Of a stretch of 64,000 nt of DNA, positions 34,462-43,140 are shown in pieces. Both the position numbers and the translations under genes were made by a program. The stretch is from Escherichia phage JS10: the sequence record EU863409, one strand, 5' to 3'. Positions within the stretch are counted from its first letter, which is position 1, and every line of letters begins with the position of its first letter. The notes under the pieces are model-generated. The model had not been told where the DNA came from. It saw nothing but the letters and a program-made list of their open reading frames with translations, and did not search any database.

Positions 34462-35055
34462 TTACTTAAGTGAATTAATGTAGTCGTCGATATCGGCAGA
34501 AGTCGTATCCATTCCAACTTGTGGGCCTTTAAACGTTTCTACACGTAGCAGGGTATCTTCAATATCAATCTTAGTCAGTGCAGCGATTTCAACCACATCA
34601 TCGGCAGTAGCAATACCAAGGGCAGCCATATTACGAGTTTCACGGATGTACTCGAGCTTAACAGCCAGTTCCTGACGAGAGTCATCAAGTTCCTTGACCT
34701 TCAGTTTAATTTCATTACGCATTTCGATATAATCGTCAGCTTTCTTACGAAGTTGAGTGGCTGTACGACGATAAAGGAGGCCGAGTTTAGCATGTACCTG
34801 AACATCGGCGCCTTCGGCAATCAGTTTACGAATTTCGCGTTCTTTAGAAGCAGCCAGTTGGTCTTTTTCATTTGCCAATGCACGAATGCGTTTTTCTTCA
34901 TTCACAGACTTAACATGAGCAGTCTGGAGTTCGGTAATTTTATCAATCAGGGTAGAAGCAGCTTTAGTATACTGGTCTTCGATTGACAGGTTCTGAGTCA
35001 TTGCGGTACCCAGTTTAGAACGGATGAACTCAACAATTTTCTTTAAAGTATTCAT
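34462..35055 (-). CDS. coiled-coil protein, possibly PspA/IM30-like
   Basis: 197 aa almost entirely heptad-like helices; start at ATG with AAGGAAA SD after a GTTTAC-N18-TATAAT promoter; homology assignment tentative. Confidence 0.5.
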   Translation of the reverse strand: MNTLKKIVEFIRSKLGTAMTQNLSIEDQYTKAASTLIDKITELQTAHVKSVNEEKRIRALANEKDQLAASKEREIRKLIAEGADVQVHAKLGLLYRRTATQLRKKADDYIEMRNEIKLKVKELDDSRQELAVKLEYIRETRNMAALGIATADDVVEIAALTKIDIEDTLLRVETFKGPQVGMDTTSADIDDYINSLK

Positions 35056-35128
35056 AGTATTTCCTTCAGTCGGTTGGTATTTTGTAATCCATGAGGACAT
35101 TATACCCTGTCCTCTGAGGGTTGTAAAC
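35056..35128 (-). promoter_or_regulatory. sigma70-like early promoter with stem-loop over -10
   Basis: -35 GTTTAC (35123-35128), 18-bp spacer, -10 TATAAT (35099-35104) inside hairpin GAGGACA-N7-TGTCCTC. Confidence 0.5.
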
Positions 35129-35132
35129 ATTT

Positions 35133-35531
35133 TTATTTCATTTTGGCGAGGCAGATTTCATTGGCTTCCCATTGAGCTTGCTTAATAATAGCTTTGGATA
35201 CAGGAACCTTTTGACCATAAGTTTTTGACGTTGAGAGAACAATATATTTGTTTGCCTCATTATGCCAACCTAGTGATTTTTCACCATGACTACCTTTAAC
35301 CACAGCTGACACCTCAACAGAGCAACCACCATCAGAAATCTTGGTTTCTACAATCCATTCATTTCTCTCGGCAGCTTCAATTTCCGATCTCCTTTTTTCT
35401 TCATACATGGCGGCCCAATCAGTTTTTGCCAAGCTGAAAGTAAGAGCTTTCTCTAATTCTTTGGCAGCTTTTTGTTGTTCAGGCGTTAATGAATTGTACA
35501 ACTCTTGCATTTCTTTATCTTCGATATTCAT
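35133..35531 (-). CDS. hypothetical protein (132 aa)
   Basis: Start at ATG with GTGAAGGAG SD after PeSL-like cassette. Confidence 0.5.
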   Translation of the reverse strand: MNIEDKEMQELYNSLTPEQQKAAKELEKALTFSLAKTDWAAMYEEKRRSEIEAAERNEWIVETKISDGGCSVEVSAVVKGSHGEKSLGWHNEANKYIVLSTSKTYGQKVPVSKAIIKQAQWEANEICLAKMK

Positions 35532-35595
35532 TATGCTCTCCTTCACTCCGTTGTTTTGATAGGTCTATAGTATCATATTCTACGAAAGAGTAAAC
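35532..35595 (-). promoter_or_regulatory. PeSL-like promoter cassette
   Basis: core TTGATAGGTCTATAGTATCA; -35 GTTTAC (35590-35595); hairpin degenerate. Confidence 0.5.
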
Positions 35596-35618
35596 ATCTT
35601 TTTTAAACTTTTAGAAAC

Positions 35619-35646
35619 AAAAAAGGCCCAACCTTTCGGAAGGGCC
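35619..35646 (-). terminator. intrinsic terminator
   Basis: GGCCC...GAAA...GGGCC hairpin plus U6; identical sequence repeated at 36242..36270. Confidence 0.55.
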
Positions 35647-35651
35647 TCGAA

Positions 35652-36206
35652 TCAGTTCTTGTAGAACCGGAATGGGTTCACGTGGAAGGCTAACATAGCT
35701 TTAGGGATTTTACGAGACAAAAGGCTCTTAAGCTTCCAGCCACAGTAAACGCGAAGGTAAAATGTGATTCCGCCGACCTTAAGATAAGGAACTGAAGCAA
35801 ATACACCCCAGGCATCATCATTCCACATCCACAACCAACCATGGTGGGCTTTATCAGGAGAACCTGATTCTACGTCAGGATTACCACGATAATGGAATTC
35901 CGAGCTACAATCACGGCCTAGTTTATGATAAGCAAAGTTATAAGCTTTATTTCGCCATAGCCAAGCTACTCTCTGGAGATAAACACCGCCAGGCATTTTC
36001 CTGATTTTAGCCCAACGTTTAATATGACCTTTATCGCCGTCAATTGGATTATCGTATGTCATCATCCAATCAAAACCATATGGCAATTTACCAGTCTTTT
36101 TATTATGAAAAGGAACCACAAAAGGCGCAAGGATAACGGCTAGAACCATAGAGATAAAATCTAGTGGGACCAACAGAATCCAACTCAAATATTTTAAAAG
36201 TTTCAT
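35652..36206 (-). CDS. membrane-anchored protein (184 aa), late-promoter driven
   Basis: N-terminal signal-anchor helix; TATAAATA 27 nt upstream; flanked by identical terminator hairpins. Confidence 0.5.
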   Translation of the reverse strand: MKLLKYLSWILLVPLDFISMVLAVILAPFVVPFHNKKTGKLPYGFDWMMTYDNPIDGDKGHIKRWAKIRKMPGGVYLQRVAWLWRNKAYNFAYHKLGRDCSSEFHYRGNPDVESGSPDKAHHGWLWMWNDDAWGVFASVPYLKVGGITFYLRVYCGWKLKSLLSRKIPKAMLAFHVNPFRFYKN

Positions 36207-36232
36207 ATTATTTCCTAAGTTAGTTTACTGTA

Positions 36233-36240
36233 TATTTATA
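36233..36240 (-). promoter_or_regulatory. T4-type late promoter (TATAAATA)
   Basis: Exact TATAAATA 27 nt upstream of gene 35652..36206, just downstream of a terminator. Confidence 0.5.
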
Positions 36241-36241
36241 C

Positions 36242-36270
36242 AAAAAAGGCCCAACCTTTCGGAAGGGCCT
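36242..36270 (-). terminator. intrinsic terminator after tRNA/sRNA cluster
   Basis: Same 29-bp hairpin plus U6 as at 35619..35646. Confidence 0.55.
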
Positions 36271-36279
36271 TTAACCTAG

Positions 36280-36439
36280 GGTAGCCTTGTCGGGGTTCCA
36301 CCTGCTAGGCAAGTGTTCTGTGCGCCGTTTCAGCTGTGAGATAAGGGACTTTAAGAGGAACTCATGTACTCCTTAAAGTCGGGTCTTATTCAGGGAACTT
36401 CAGTCCGACGACTTACCGGTAGCGACCCGGTTTCTTGTT
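36280..36439 (-). ncRNA. candidate structured small RNA adjacent to tRNA cluster
   Basis: About 160 nt non-coding, GC-rich inverted repeats (e.g. CTTTAAG...CTTAAAG), between tRNA-Arg and a terminator; no tRNA cloverleaf found; analogous position to T4 species 1/2 RNAs. Confidence 0.25.
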
Positions 36440-36515
36440 TGGTCGAGACAGTAGGGATCGAACCTACGACCTACGGTTTAGAAGACCGTTGCTCTTCCTT
36501 CTGAGCTATGCCTCG
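36440..36515 (-). tRNA. tRNA-Arg (anticodon UCU)
   Basis: 76-nt cloverleaf: anticodon stem ACGGT/ACCGT with loop CTTCTAA, T-arm GTAGG-TTCGATC-CCTAC, encoded CCA; unusual C1-G72 acceptor start. Confidence 0.65.
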
Positions 36516-36519
36516 TATT

Positions 36520-36594
36520 TGGCGGACATGCATGGATTCGAACCATGGACCAATTGATTAACAGTCAACTGCTCTACCACTGAGCTACACATCC
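36520..36594 (-). tRNA. tRNA-Asn (anticodon GUU)
   Basis: 75-nt cloverleaf: D-arm TAGCTCAGTGGTAGAGC, anticodon loop CTGTTAA, T-arm CATGG-TTCGAAT-CCATG, encoded CCA. Confidence 0.75.
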
Positions 36595-36598
36595 AAAT

Positions 36599-36672
36599 TG
36601 GTGGCCCTGGGTGGAATCGAACCACCATCCAGCGATTATGAGTCGCTCGCTTGACCGTCCAGCTACAGGGCC
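36599..36672 (-). tRNA. tRNA-Met/Ile2 (anticodon CAU)
   Basis: 74-nt cloverleaf: acceptor GGCCCTG/CAGGGCC, anticodon stem AGCGA/TCGCT with loop CTCATAA, T-arm GGTGG-TTCGATT-CCACC, encoded CCA. Confidence 0.75.
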
Positions 36673-36677
36673 TTAAT

Positions 36678-36944
36678 TTAAATTACAAATCCAGCAGGAG
36701 CATTATCATCTTTAGCCATGTGCTGAATTGTATGATAAGTCATTTCTTCAGGAGCAACCAGATAAGCCGCAGCATTAACTAGTGGAATTATTTTTGGTTT
36801 AGCGAATGTGCTATCGGCAATTGCCATAAAGGGCTCGCCGTCGGTCTCAACTTCGCCAAATTGACATTCATATGAAATAGAACAACGTTTAGTAGTTGTT
36901 GTCTTGGTTTCTGGGTCATAAAAAGCTAATTTTAATACTAACAT
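36678..36944 (-). CDS. hypothetical protein (88 aa)
   Basis: Start at ATG with GAGG SD; first gene upstream of tRNA cluster. Confidence 0.4.
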   Translation of the reverse strand: MLVLKLAFYDPETKTTTTKRCSISYECQFGEVETDGEPFMAIADSTFAKPKIIPLVNAAAYLVAPEEMTYHTIQHMAKDDNAPAGFVI

Positions 36945-37073
36945 AAACACCTCAAATAAAATTAAGTAAAGTAAGTTTGATTAATAGACCTTGTCTATTA
37001 TGAAAGGCTCTTTGAGGGAAGAACCTTTGGTAATAGAGGGTATTAATGATAGAGTAATAATATCACATAATTC

Positions 37074-37559
37074 TTAAAGCATATCAAGTGCTTTCACATC
37101 AGGGATTTTAATTTCTTCTTCAATAATATACAGCTTAACGTAAGAAATTACACGGATGAAATCACCATCATATTCACAAGCCATACCAAGGAGCTCAGTA
37201 AGGGCTTCATTCAAGTAGTATTCTTCCTCGTCGTCATTCAGCAAGGCTTCTAAGTCTTGGATACCGAGGGCCTTATCTAAAAATTCAGGGGTCAACTGGC
37301 CTGATTTTACACCCGATTCAATGTAGGCTATAACCAGATGCTTAACTACGTCCCATTCCGAATTACCACATTTATCCGGGTTGTTGCAATGCGAACCATG
37401 GAAAAGTTCTAGGATATATTTGTACTGTTGGATTTCATGTTCTTCTACGCCAAATACAGTCTGGGTTTTATAGTTATCGCCATCATTTTCCCAGGTTTCA
37501 ATTTCAATCACATAACCTTTAGGGATAGTTTGTCCGAATTTAATATTCATTGTGGCCAC
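37074..37559 (-). CDS. hypothetical acidic protein
   Basis: 161-aa ORF. Confidence 0.5.
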   Translation of the reverse strand: MATMNIKFGQTIPKGYVIEIETWENDGDNYKTQTVFGVEEHEIQQYKYILELFHGSHCNNPDKCGNSEWDVVKHLVIAYIESGVKSGQLTPEFLDKALGIQDLEALLNDDEEEYYLNEALTELLGMACEYDGDFIRVISYVKLYIIEEEIKIPDVKALDML

Positions 37560-37837
37560 ATATTAATATAATCAAGTTTAATAGAAGCAATCTTCAAAGG
37601 ATTTTTAAAGATGTCGTATTCGACCAATCCATTTTCAGTTGCAGTATAAAAAGTAAAGTTGACAGAATTATAGCGTTGGCTGTTAACTTTGAGTTTAACA
37701 TCGCTTGAACTACGGCCAATATTAACCTGTTGAACATCAAGCACAGCATCTTTGCCGTAATTTCGAATCAACAACTCGGCTGCAACCTGATCGGATTTAT
37801 AGCCATTCTCTGGATTAGTAACCTTAACGTATAACAT
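37547..37837 (-). CDS. hypothetical protein
   Basis: 96-aa ORF overlapping neighbours. Confidence 0.5.
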   Translation of the reverse strand: MLYVKVTNPENGYKSDQVAAELLIRNYGKDAVLDVQQVNIGRSSSDVKLKVNSQRYNSVNFTFYTATENGLVEYDIFKNPLKIASIKLDYINMWPQ

Positions 37838-38239
37838 TTAACCCTCGTCTACAATAGTGTGGGTATTGGCATTAACAATCTGCCACCAGCCAAAACGATT
37901 GGAACCGTAAAGAGGTTTATTCTCGTTTTCTTTAATGATATCGCGCAGTTCATCTTCAGAGAAGGCTTTAGCGATTAAATCAGTATACCCACCACGTGGA
38001 TAATAATTATCACCCGCAAACAAAAGGAAATTTACCTTTCCGGAAGGAACATATGCTTCCTTAGGATACTTGTTTCCTGCGTGGTCGACAACTTCAATAT
38101 AACGGTAAGGAATATCAGTTCTTTCAACCCATTGCCATGCTGCTGCAGGGGATTCAAAAGCATCTACACCTAAACGGTTATCTTCATCTTTAGACGGATT
38201 ATTTTCGTAATCCGCATATACATAATATTCAACGTTCAT
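37838..38239 (-). CDS. hypothetical protein
   Basis: 133-aa ORF. Confidence 0.5.
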   Translation of the reverse strand: MNVEYYVYADYENNPSKDEDNRLGVDAFESPAAAWQWVERTDIPYRYIEVVDHAGNKYPKEAYVPSGKVNFLLFAGDNYYPRGGYTDLIAKAFSEDELRDIIKENENKPLYGSNRFGWWQIVNANTHTIVDEG

Positions 38240-38424
38240 TATTCACCTTTAGAGATTTTATCCATAACAAAAGAGATTGAACCAATTAAGAATGCCACTA
38301 CTAAAGAGATTGTATTCTCGGAAGTTGTAAGCAAATCCAACATGAATCCTGCAAACATACTAAAGCCAAAAGCAGTAACGGCGGCCAGTGCAGTAACATT
38401 TCTAATTAATTCACAACGTTTCAT
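38239..38424 (-). CDS. small membrane protein (61 aa)
   Basis: Start at ATG with GGAGAATAAA SD after PeSL-like cassette; two hydrophobic helices. Confidence 0.45.
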   Translation of the reverse strand: MKRCELIRNVTALAAVTAFGFSMFAGFMLDLLTTSENTISLVVAFLIGSISFVMDKISKGE

Positions 38425-38490
38425 TTTATTCTCCAATCACTCATTTGTTTTGATAGGGCTATAGTATCATCACTAAAGCCCGTTGTAAAC
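38425..38490 (-). promoter_or_regulatory. PeSL-like promoter-stem-loop cassette (covarying stem)
   Basis: core GATAGGGCTATAGTATCA with stem GGGCTATAG / CTAAAGCCC; -35 GTTTAC. Confidence 0.55.
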
Positions 38491-38492
38491 AC

Positions 38493-38786
38493 TTATTTTG
38501 TAATTTCTTTGATTTTAGAAACTACTTTATCTTTGGTAAGACCGGAAAAAGTCTTATATTTTGTAAAGTGGATATCATCACCAAGATTAATATAATATTT
38601 CTTTTTAACCGTATTGAATGCTATACTAACAGGTTTACCATTTACTGTAATAGTAATTTGCTGAGCCTTATCAACATCACCTGAGCCAAAGGCTCTTTTA
38701 ATATCGCTACTAATATCGGCCATAGCCGCTTTGTTAATGGAATACAAATCTGTCGATTCTTTGATAAATTCTTGATAAGTTTTCAT
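38493..38786 (-). CDS. internal-protein-like capsid-targeted protein
   Basis: N-terminus MKTYQEFIKE; 97 aa; downstream of canonical PeSL-like cassette. Confidence 0.6.
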   Translation of the reverse strand: MKTYQEFIKESTDLYSINKAAMADISSDIKRAFGSGDVDKAQQITITVNGKPVSIAFNTVKKKYYINLGDDIHFTKYKTFSGLTKDKVVSKIKEITK

Positions 38787-38855
38787 TTTTTTGTTTCCGT
38801 TAGGTTGGGTTTGTTTTGATAGGTCTATAGTATCATGCCTATAGACCTTGTAAAC
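38787..38855 (-). promoter_or_regulatory. PeSL-like promoter-stem-loop cassette
   Basis: -35 GTTTAC (38850-38855), 17-bp spacer, -10 TACTAT; perfect 10-bp stem 38821-38830 / 38839-38848. Confidence 0.6.
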
Positions 38856-38866
38856 ATCTTTTTAAA

Positions 38867-39780
<914 letters not shown>

Positions 39781-39788
<8 letters not shown>

Positions 39789-40542
39789 TTTTATTTCCTA
39801 ATAATTTATCAATAGTGGTGTATAGTTCAGAAAGAGTGCCGTTATTTTCAACAACAACGTCACCAGGTAAAATTGGTAGACCCGCTTCAGTGATGTGCGA
39901 GTCTTGTACTTGACCGGTTTCAGCGCGAACTACATGAATAATCGTAGCACCCATCGCTCTGAGCGAATCAATTTCATGTGTTTGACGAACATCAGGTACG
40001 ACATAGTATTTCGCATCAGAGTATATTTTATCAAAATAGTCTAAAGCGAACAACTTAACCCAATACATCTTATCAAATTGGTTAACAATAATATCAGTCC
40101 CAAGGGTCTGCATGAGACGACGTACTGACCAATTGTTATTTTTATTTATTACTTCAAATAGCCGGTCTTTTGTTTCTTCAGACAGATACTGGACCGGGGT
40201 AAGACCATAATGATATGCGGTAAGAACGTCAATTCCTGGAATAGGAAGGATATTATTCAGTTTAACAATAGCATGTTCAAAAATATCAACCACATCATAT
40301 GGTTTTAAAGGAAGGATTTCTTCACGGTCGTAACCGATACCTTCAAAACAGTTAAAATCAAGTTTAGGCATATAGATACGGTCGAATACAGGGTCATCAG
40401 ATATGTATTCATAAGCTTCAGCCAGATACTTTTTAATAGGACCAGCGAGTTGGAATTTTACGGAATCCATATTCTCAATTACATAGTTAGCAACGGTATC
40501 CTTACCGCTACGTTTGATTCCTACAATTGATATTAGTTTCAT
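39781..40542 (-). CDS. 1: deoxynucleoside monophosphate kinase (gp1)
   Basis: 253 aa; P-loop GIKRSGKDT; T4 synteny. Confidence 0.85.
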
Positions 40543-41132
40543 TATTTTCTCATAGATGGATGCATAGACATACGAGCCACACGTTGTTCGGCATACGAAT
40601 CAATTTGTGGACGACCTGTAACTATTGTACCATCTATTTCTACAGCAAACGATTTGAAGTTGAATGTTGCTGTAGCGATTATCGCAGGGTCGGAATCTTC
40701 TTTATAAGAGTACTGAATCTCGGAAAGGTCTGATGGCCAACCACCGTAGTAATGAATGCTCATTACGATTTTCTGTTTGTTGTTATCAAGAATGTGGAGG
40801 GTGATAGCCTCAGGCTGGCCTTTAGGATGCCAGGCTTCAGATTCATGTGTTACATAGTTGTTTAATGATAGCATCCATTTATAAACGTCCAGCCATGATT
40901 TCAATTCGCGGTCTACAAGAAAGTTCACAATCAAAGGGTCGAATTCTACAGTAGAACCTGGCAGTTTAGCACGGTTTATACCTTGGGTCGATCCTGGGAC
41001 GTCTGAGACCGGAATATGGATACCTGGTAGTGTTACATCTTGTACGTTCAATTTGAATGACTGCGTCATTCCTGAGTCACTAACCTCTAAGATAAAGTTG
41101 GTAGTGTTAGTTTGGTTAAATAAACCGTTCAT
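40542..41132 (-). CDS. 3: tail completion / sheath stabiliser (gp3) by position
   Basis: 196 aa from internal ATG with AGGA SD; T4 order 1-3-2-4. Confidence 0.6.
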   Translation of the reverse strand: MNGLFNQTNTTNFILEVSDSGMTQSFKLNVQDVTLPGIHIPVSDVPGSTQGINRAKLPGSTVEFDPLIVNFLVDRELKSWLDVYKWMLSLNNYVTHESEAWHPKGQPEAITLHILDNNKQKIVMSIHYYGGWPSDLSEIQYSYKEDSDPAIIATATFNFKSFAVEIDGTIVTGRPQIDSYAEQRVARMSMHPSMRK

Positions 41133-41217
41133 AGGATTCCTATATTGCTTAAGTCCTAGCCAGTGTATAATGGTCCTAGGTCTGTTCCATTCAATAACTG
41201 GCTGGGATAATAGATTA

Positions 41218-42045
41218 TTATGCGTTCTTCCATACTTTCTGAGCTGAGTAACGCTTACCTTTAGATACAAATTGCTGAAGCGGAAGCATGACCACATTAG
41301 CCCAATCAGAAGGTTTTATCTCTACTAAAGGACCCTTGATATTTCCAGGGATATAAGCCTTAATCATCACGTCAGCGCCAGCGAATCCTTTTACCTTACT
41401 CCAATCGATTTTTAATTTAGTCGAGTTCGTAATGGTAGGCGTACTCGCGTATTGCTTCAGCAATTCTTCTAGAAATTGCTGGCGTGCTTTAGGCGGAATA
41501 TAGTGTAAGTTCAACCCGTACATCAGATTATGCTTACCAAGCCCAAGATAAATGATTAAAGGATATTTGTCCCAGTAGGGTAATGTGTCCTTGTGTTTAG
41601 CATCATAGATATAAGCATAAAGCTTGCCAGGAGATGGTTTAGATACCTGGTGTCCACGAATTCCTTTCTTTAATGTTTCTGTAAACCATTTAGCTGATTT
41701 ATTGTTTACAGCAGCACCTTCGTTAGCAATCTTATCACGAATACTCTTTCTAAAACTATTCACCAAAATTAATTGACGTTCGGCTTTGGTCAATTTATTG
41801 CCAGGTTTCTTCTGGAGTTTTTCGACCTGTACAGCAGTTTTAATTCGACTCGAGTATCGAGACATCGCAGATGTAAAGCTAGAATACTTAATGCCTTTAT
41901 CTTCAGCGAATTTCTTAGCCGAGACACCTTTGGCCTTAGCTTTGGCATATTCAACACCTAAAGCTATCCATTGTTGCTCTGAACGAGTGGGCTTAGAACC
42001 TTTTGTGGTTTCAGTGGCCTCATTGATGTAGGAAAATATACTCAT
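41218..42045 (-). CDS. 2: DNA end-protector protein (gp2) by position
   Basis: 275 aa; ATGA overlap with gene 4 stop. Confidence 0.65.
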   Translation of the reverse strand: MSIFSYINEATETTKGSKPTRSEQQWIALGVEYAKAKAKGVSAKKFAEDKGIKYSSFTSAMSRYSSRIKTAVQVEKLQKKPGNKLTKAERQLILVNSFRKSIRDKIANEGAAVNNKSAKWFTETLKKGIRGHQVSKPSPGKLYAYIYDAKHKDTLPYWDKYPLIIYLGLGKHNLMYGLNLHYIPPKARQQFLEELLKQYASTPTITNSTKLKIDWSKVKGFAGADVMIKAYIPGNIKGPLVEIKPSDWANVVMLPLQQFVSKGKRYSAQKVWKNA

Positions 42046-42491
42046 CCTTTCCATCCTAATTTTTTCAGTGAGTTTTCAGTTATCAATCTAAAATTGATTC
42101 CCATTTTATCTGCTGTAGCTTTAGCAGCTTTCCATTTATCTTTATTTACACTCCATGTATAATGTTCGTTGATATATCTCTTTTTAGCGGCTGTAGTCAT
42201 TTTAGCAGGAGCCGCTGGAGGATGGGTTTCTTTAAAAGGTTTGACTTCAAAAAAGAATTGTTGGCCGTTATCAAACTTAACCCAGAAGTCCATAAAATAT
42301 CGACGTTTCTTTCCATCAGCATTACTAAAATACGGAATAACTACCTCTTCAGAGTTCCATTGGACTACGTTAGGATGATTGTCAAGCCAACGCATGAGCC
42401 ATGCTTCCCATGAGGAACGATATTGGATTTTCTTCCAGTCACCTTTATATTTTTGTAAGTTGGTAGGTTTAAATTTCCCTGAGTAAGCCAT
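42042..42491 (-). CDS. 4: head completion protein (gp4)
   Basis: 149 aa resembling T4 gp4 (MAYSGK..., KKRRYFMD); TATAAATA late promoter upstream. Confidence 0.85.
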   Translation of the reverse strand: MAYSGKFKPTNLQKYKGDWKKIQYRSSWEAWLMRWLDNHPNVVQWNSEEVVIPYFSNADGKKRRYFMDFWVKFDNGQQFFFEVKPFKETHPPAAPAKMTTAAKKRYINEHYTWSVNKDKWKAAKATADKMGINFRLITENSLKKLGWKG

Positions 42492-42502
42492 AGTTGCCTC
42501 CT

Positions 42503-42510
42503 TATAAATA
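42503..42510 (+). promoter_or_regulatory. T4-type late promoter (TATAAATA) for gene 53 operon
   Basis: Exact TATAAATA 28 nt upstream of gene 53 ATG. Confidence 0.6.
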
Positions 42511-42517
42511 TTAATAT

Positions 42518-42525
42518 TATTTATA
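42518..42525 (-). promoter_or_regulatory. T4-type late promoter (TATAAATA) for genes 4-2-3
   Basis: Exact TATAAATA on minus strand 27 nt upstream of gene 4 ATG; divergent from the gene 53 promoter. Confidence 0.6.
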
Positions 42526-42537
42526 CTCGGAGGCCCT

Positions 42538-43140
42538 ATGCTCTTCTCATTTTTCGATCCTATCGATTACGAATCAAAAACAGTCAAGCCAGATTCCGGC
42601 TCATTAACAAATGCCGATGTATTGAGCGTGCCGATGACTGATATATTTAGAAATTATAAAGAATACTTTGATAGAGTGGCTAAAAATTATACACTAAAAA
42701 CTTATTATATCAATGGAGCCCCGCGTCCGGAAGAATTAGCCCATCTTCTTTATGGCAATGTCCAATTATATTGGGTTCTACTGATGTGTAATAATATATA
42801 CGACCCGTATTATGGATGGATTACCGGCCAAGAAGCCGCCTACCAAGCAGCCATCCAAAGATATTCTACTGCTGGTGGAAACCAGGTCCTTTACCATGTA
42901 AACGAAAAAGGCGAGAAATTCTGGAATCTTGTCAACACACCAGAAAATCCGTATACTTGGTATGATAAAGGCGATACAGAAAAACGTTATCCTCAATACG
43001 AAGGCCCGTTGGCTGCAGTAGATATTTACGAGGATGCTATTCGCAAAAATGAATATAAGCGTGAAATAAAAATTATAGACCCTAATGATATTGAGTCTTT
43101 TATTTCTGCCCTTATTCGTGAAATGGAGAAAGCCCTCTAA
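42538..43140 (+). CDS. 53: baseplate wedge protein gp53
   Basis: 200 aa resembling T4 gp53 (MLF.FFDPI, TYYI.G.PRPEELA); GGAGG SD; TATAAATA upstream. Confidence 0.85.
   Translation: MLFSFFDPIDYESKTVKPDSGSLTNADVLSVPMTDIFRNYKEYFDRVAKNYTLKTYYINGAPRPEELAHLLYGNVQLYWVLLMCNNIYDPYYGWITGQEAAYQAAIQRYSTAGGNQVLYHVNEKGEKFWNLVNTPENPYTWYDKGDTEKRYPQYEGPLAAVDIYEDAIRKNEYKREIKIIDPNDIESFISALIREMEKAL

Noticed and set aside
36280-36439. A fourth tRNA in the region next to tRNA-Arg
   Set aside because: No T-arm GTTCGA-like loop or consistent cloverleaf could be drawn by eye; retained only as a low-confidence structured-RNA candidate.
8123-38855. Could the recurring GATAGGTCTATAGTATCA-containing repeats be a CRISPR array?
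   Set aside because: Copies are separated by 0.3-5 kb of coding sequence, not short uniform spacers; each has promoter -35/-10 geometry and sits directly before a start codon; no cas genes are present.
41133-41217. Plus-strand TGTATAAT extended -10-like sequence in the gene 2-gene 3 intergenic region
   Set aside because: It is on the strand opposite to all neighbouring genes and no plus-strand ORF follows; probably fortuitous.
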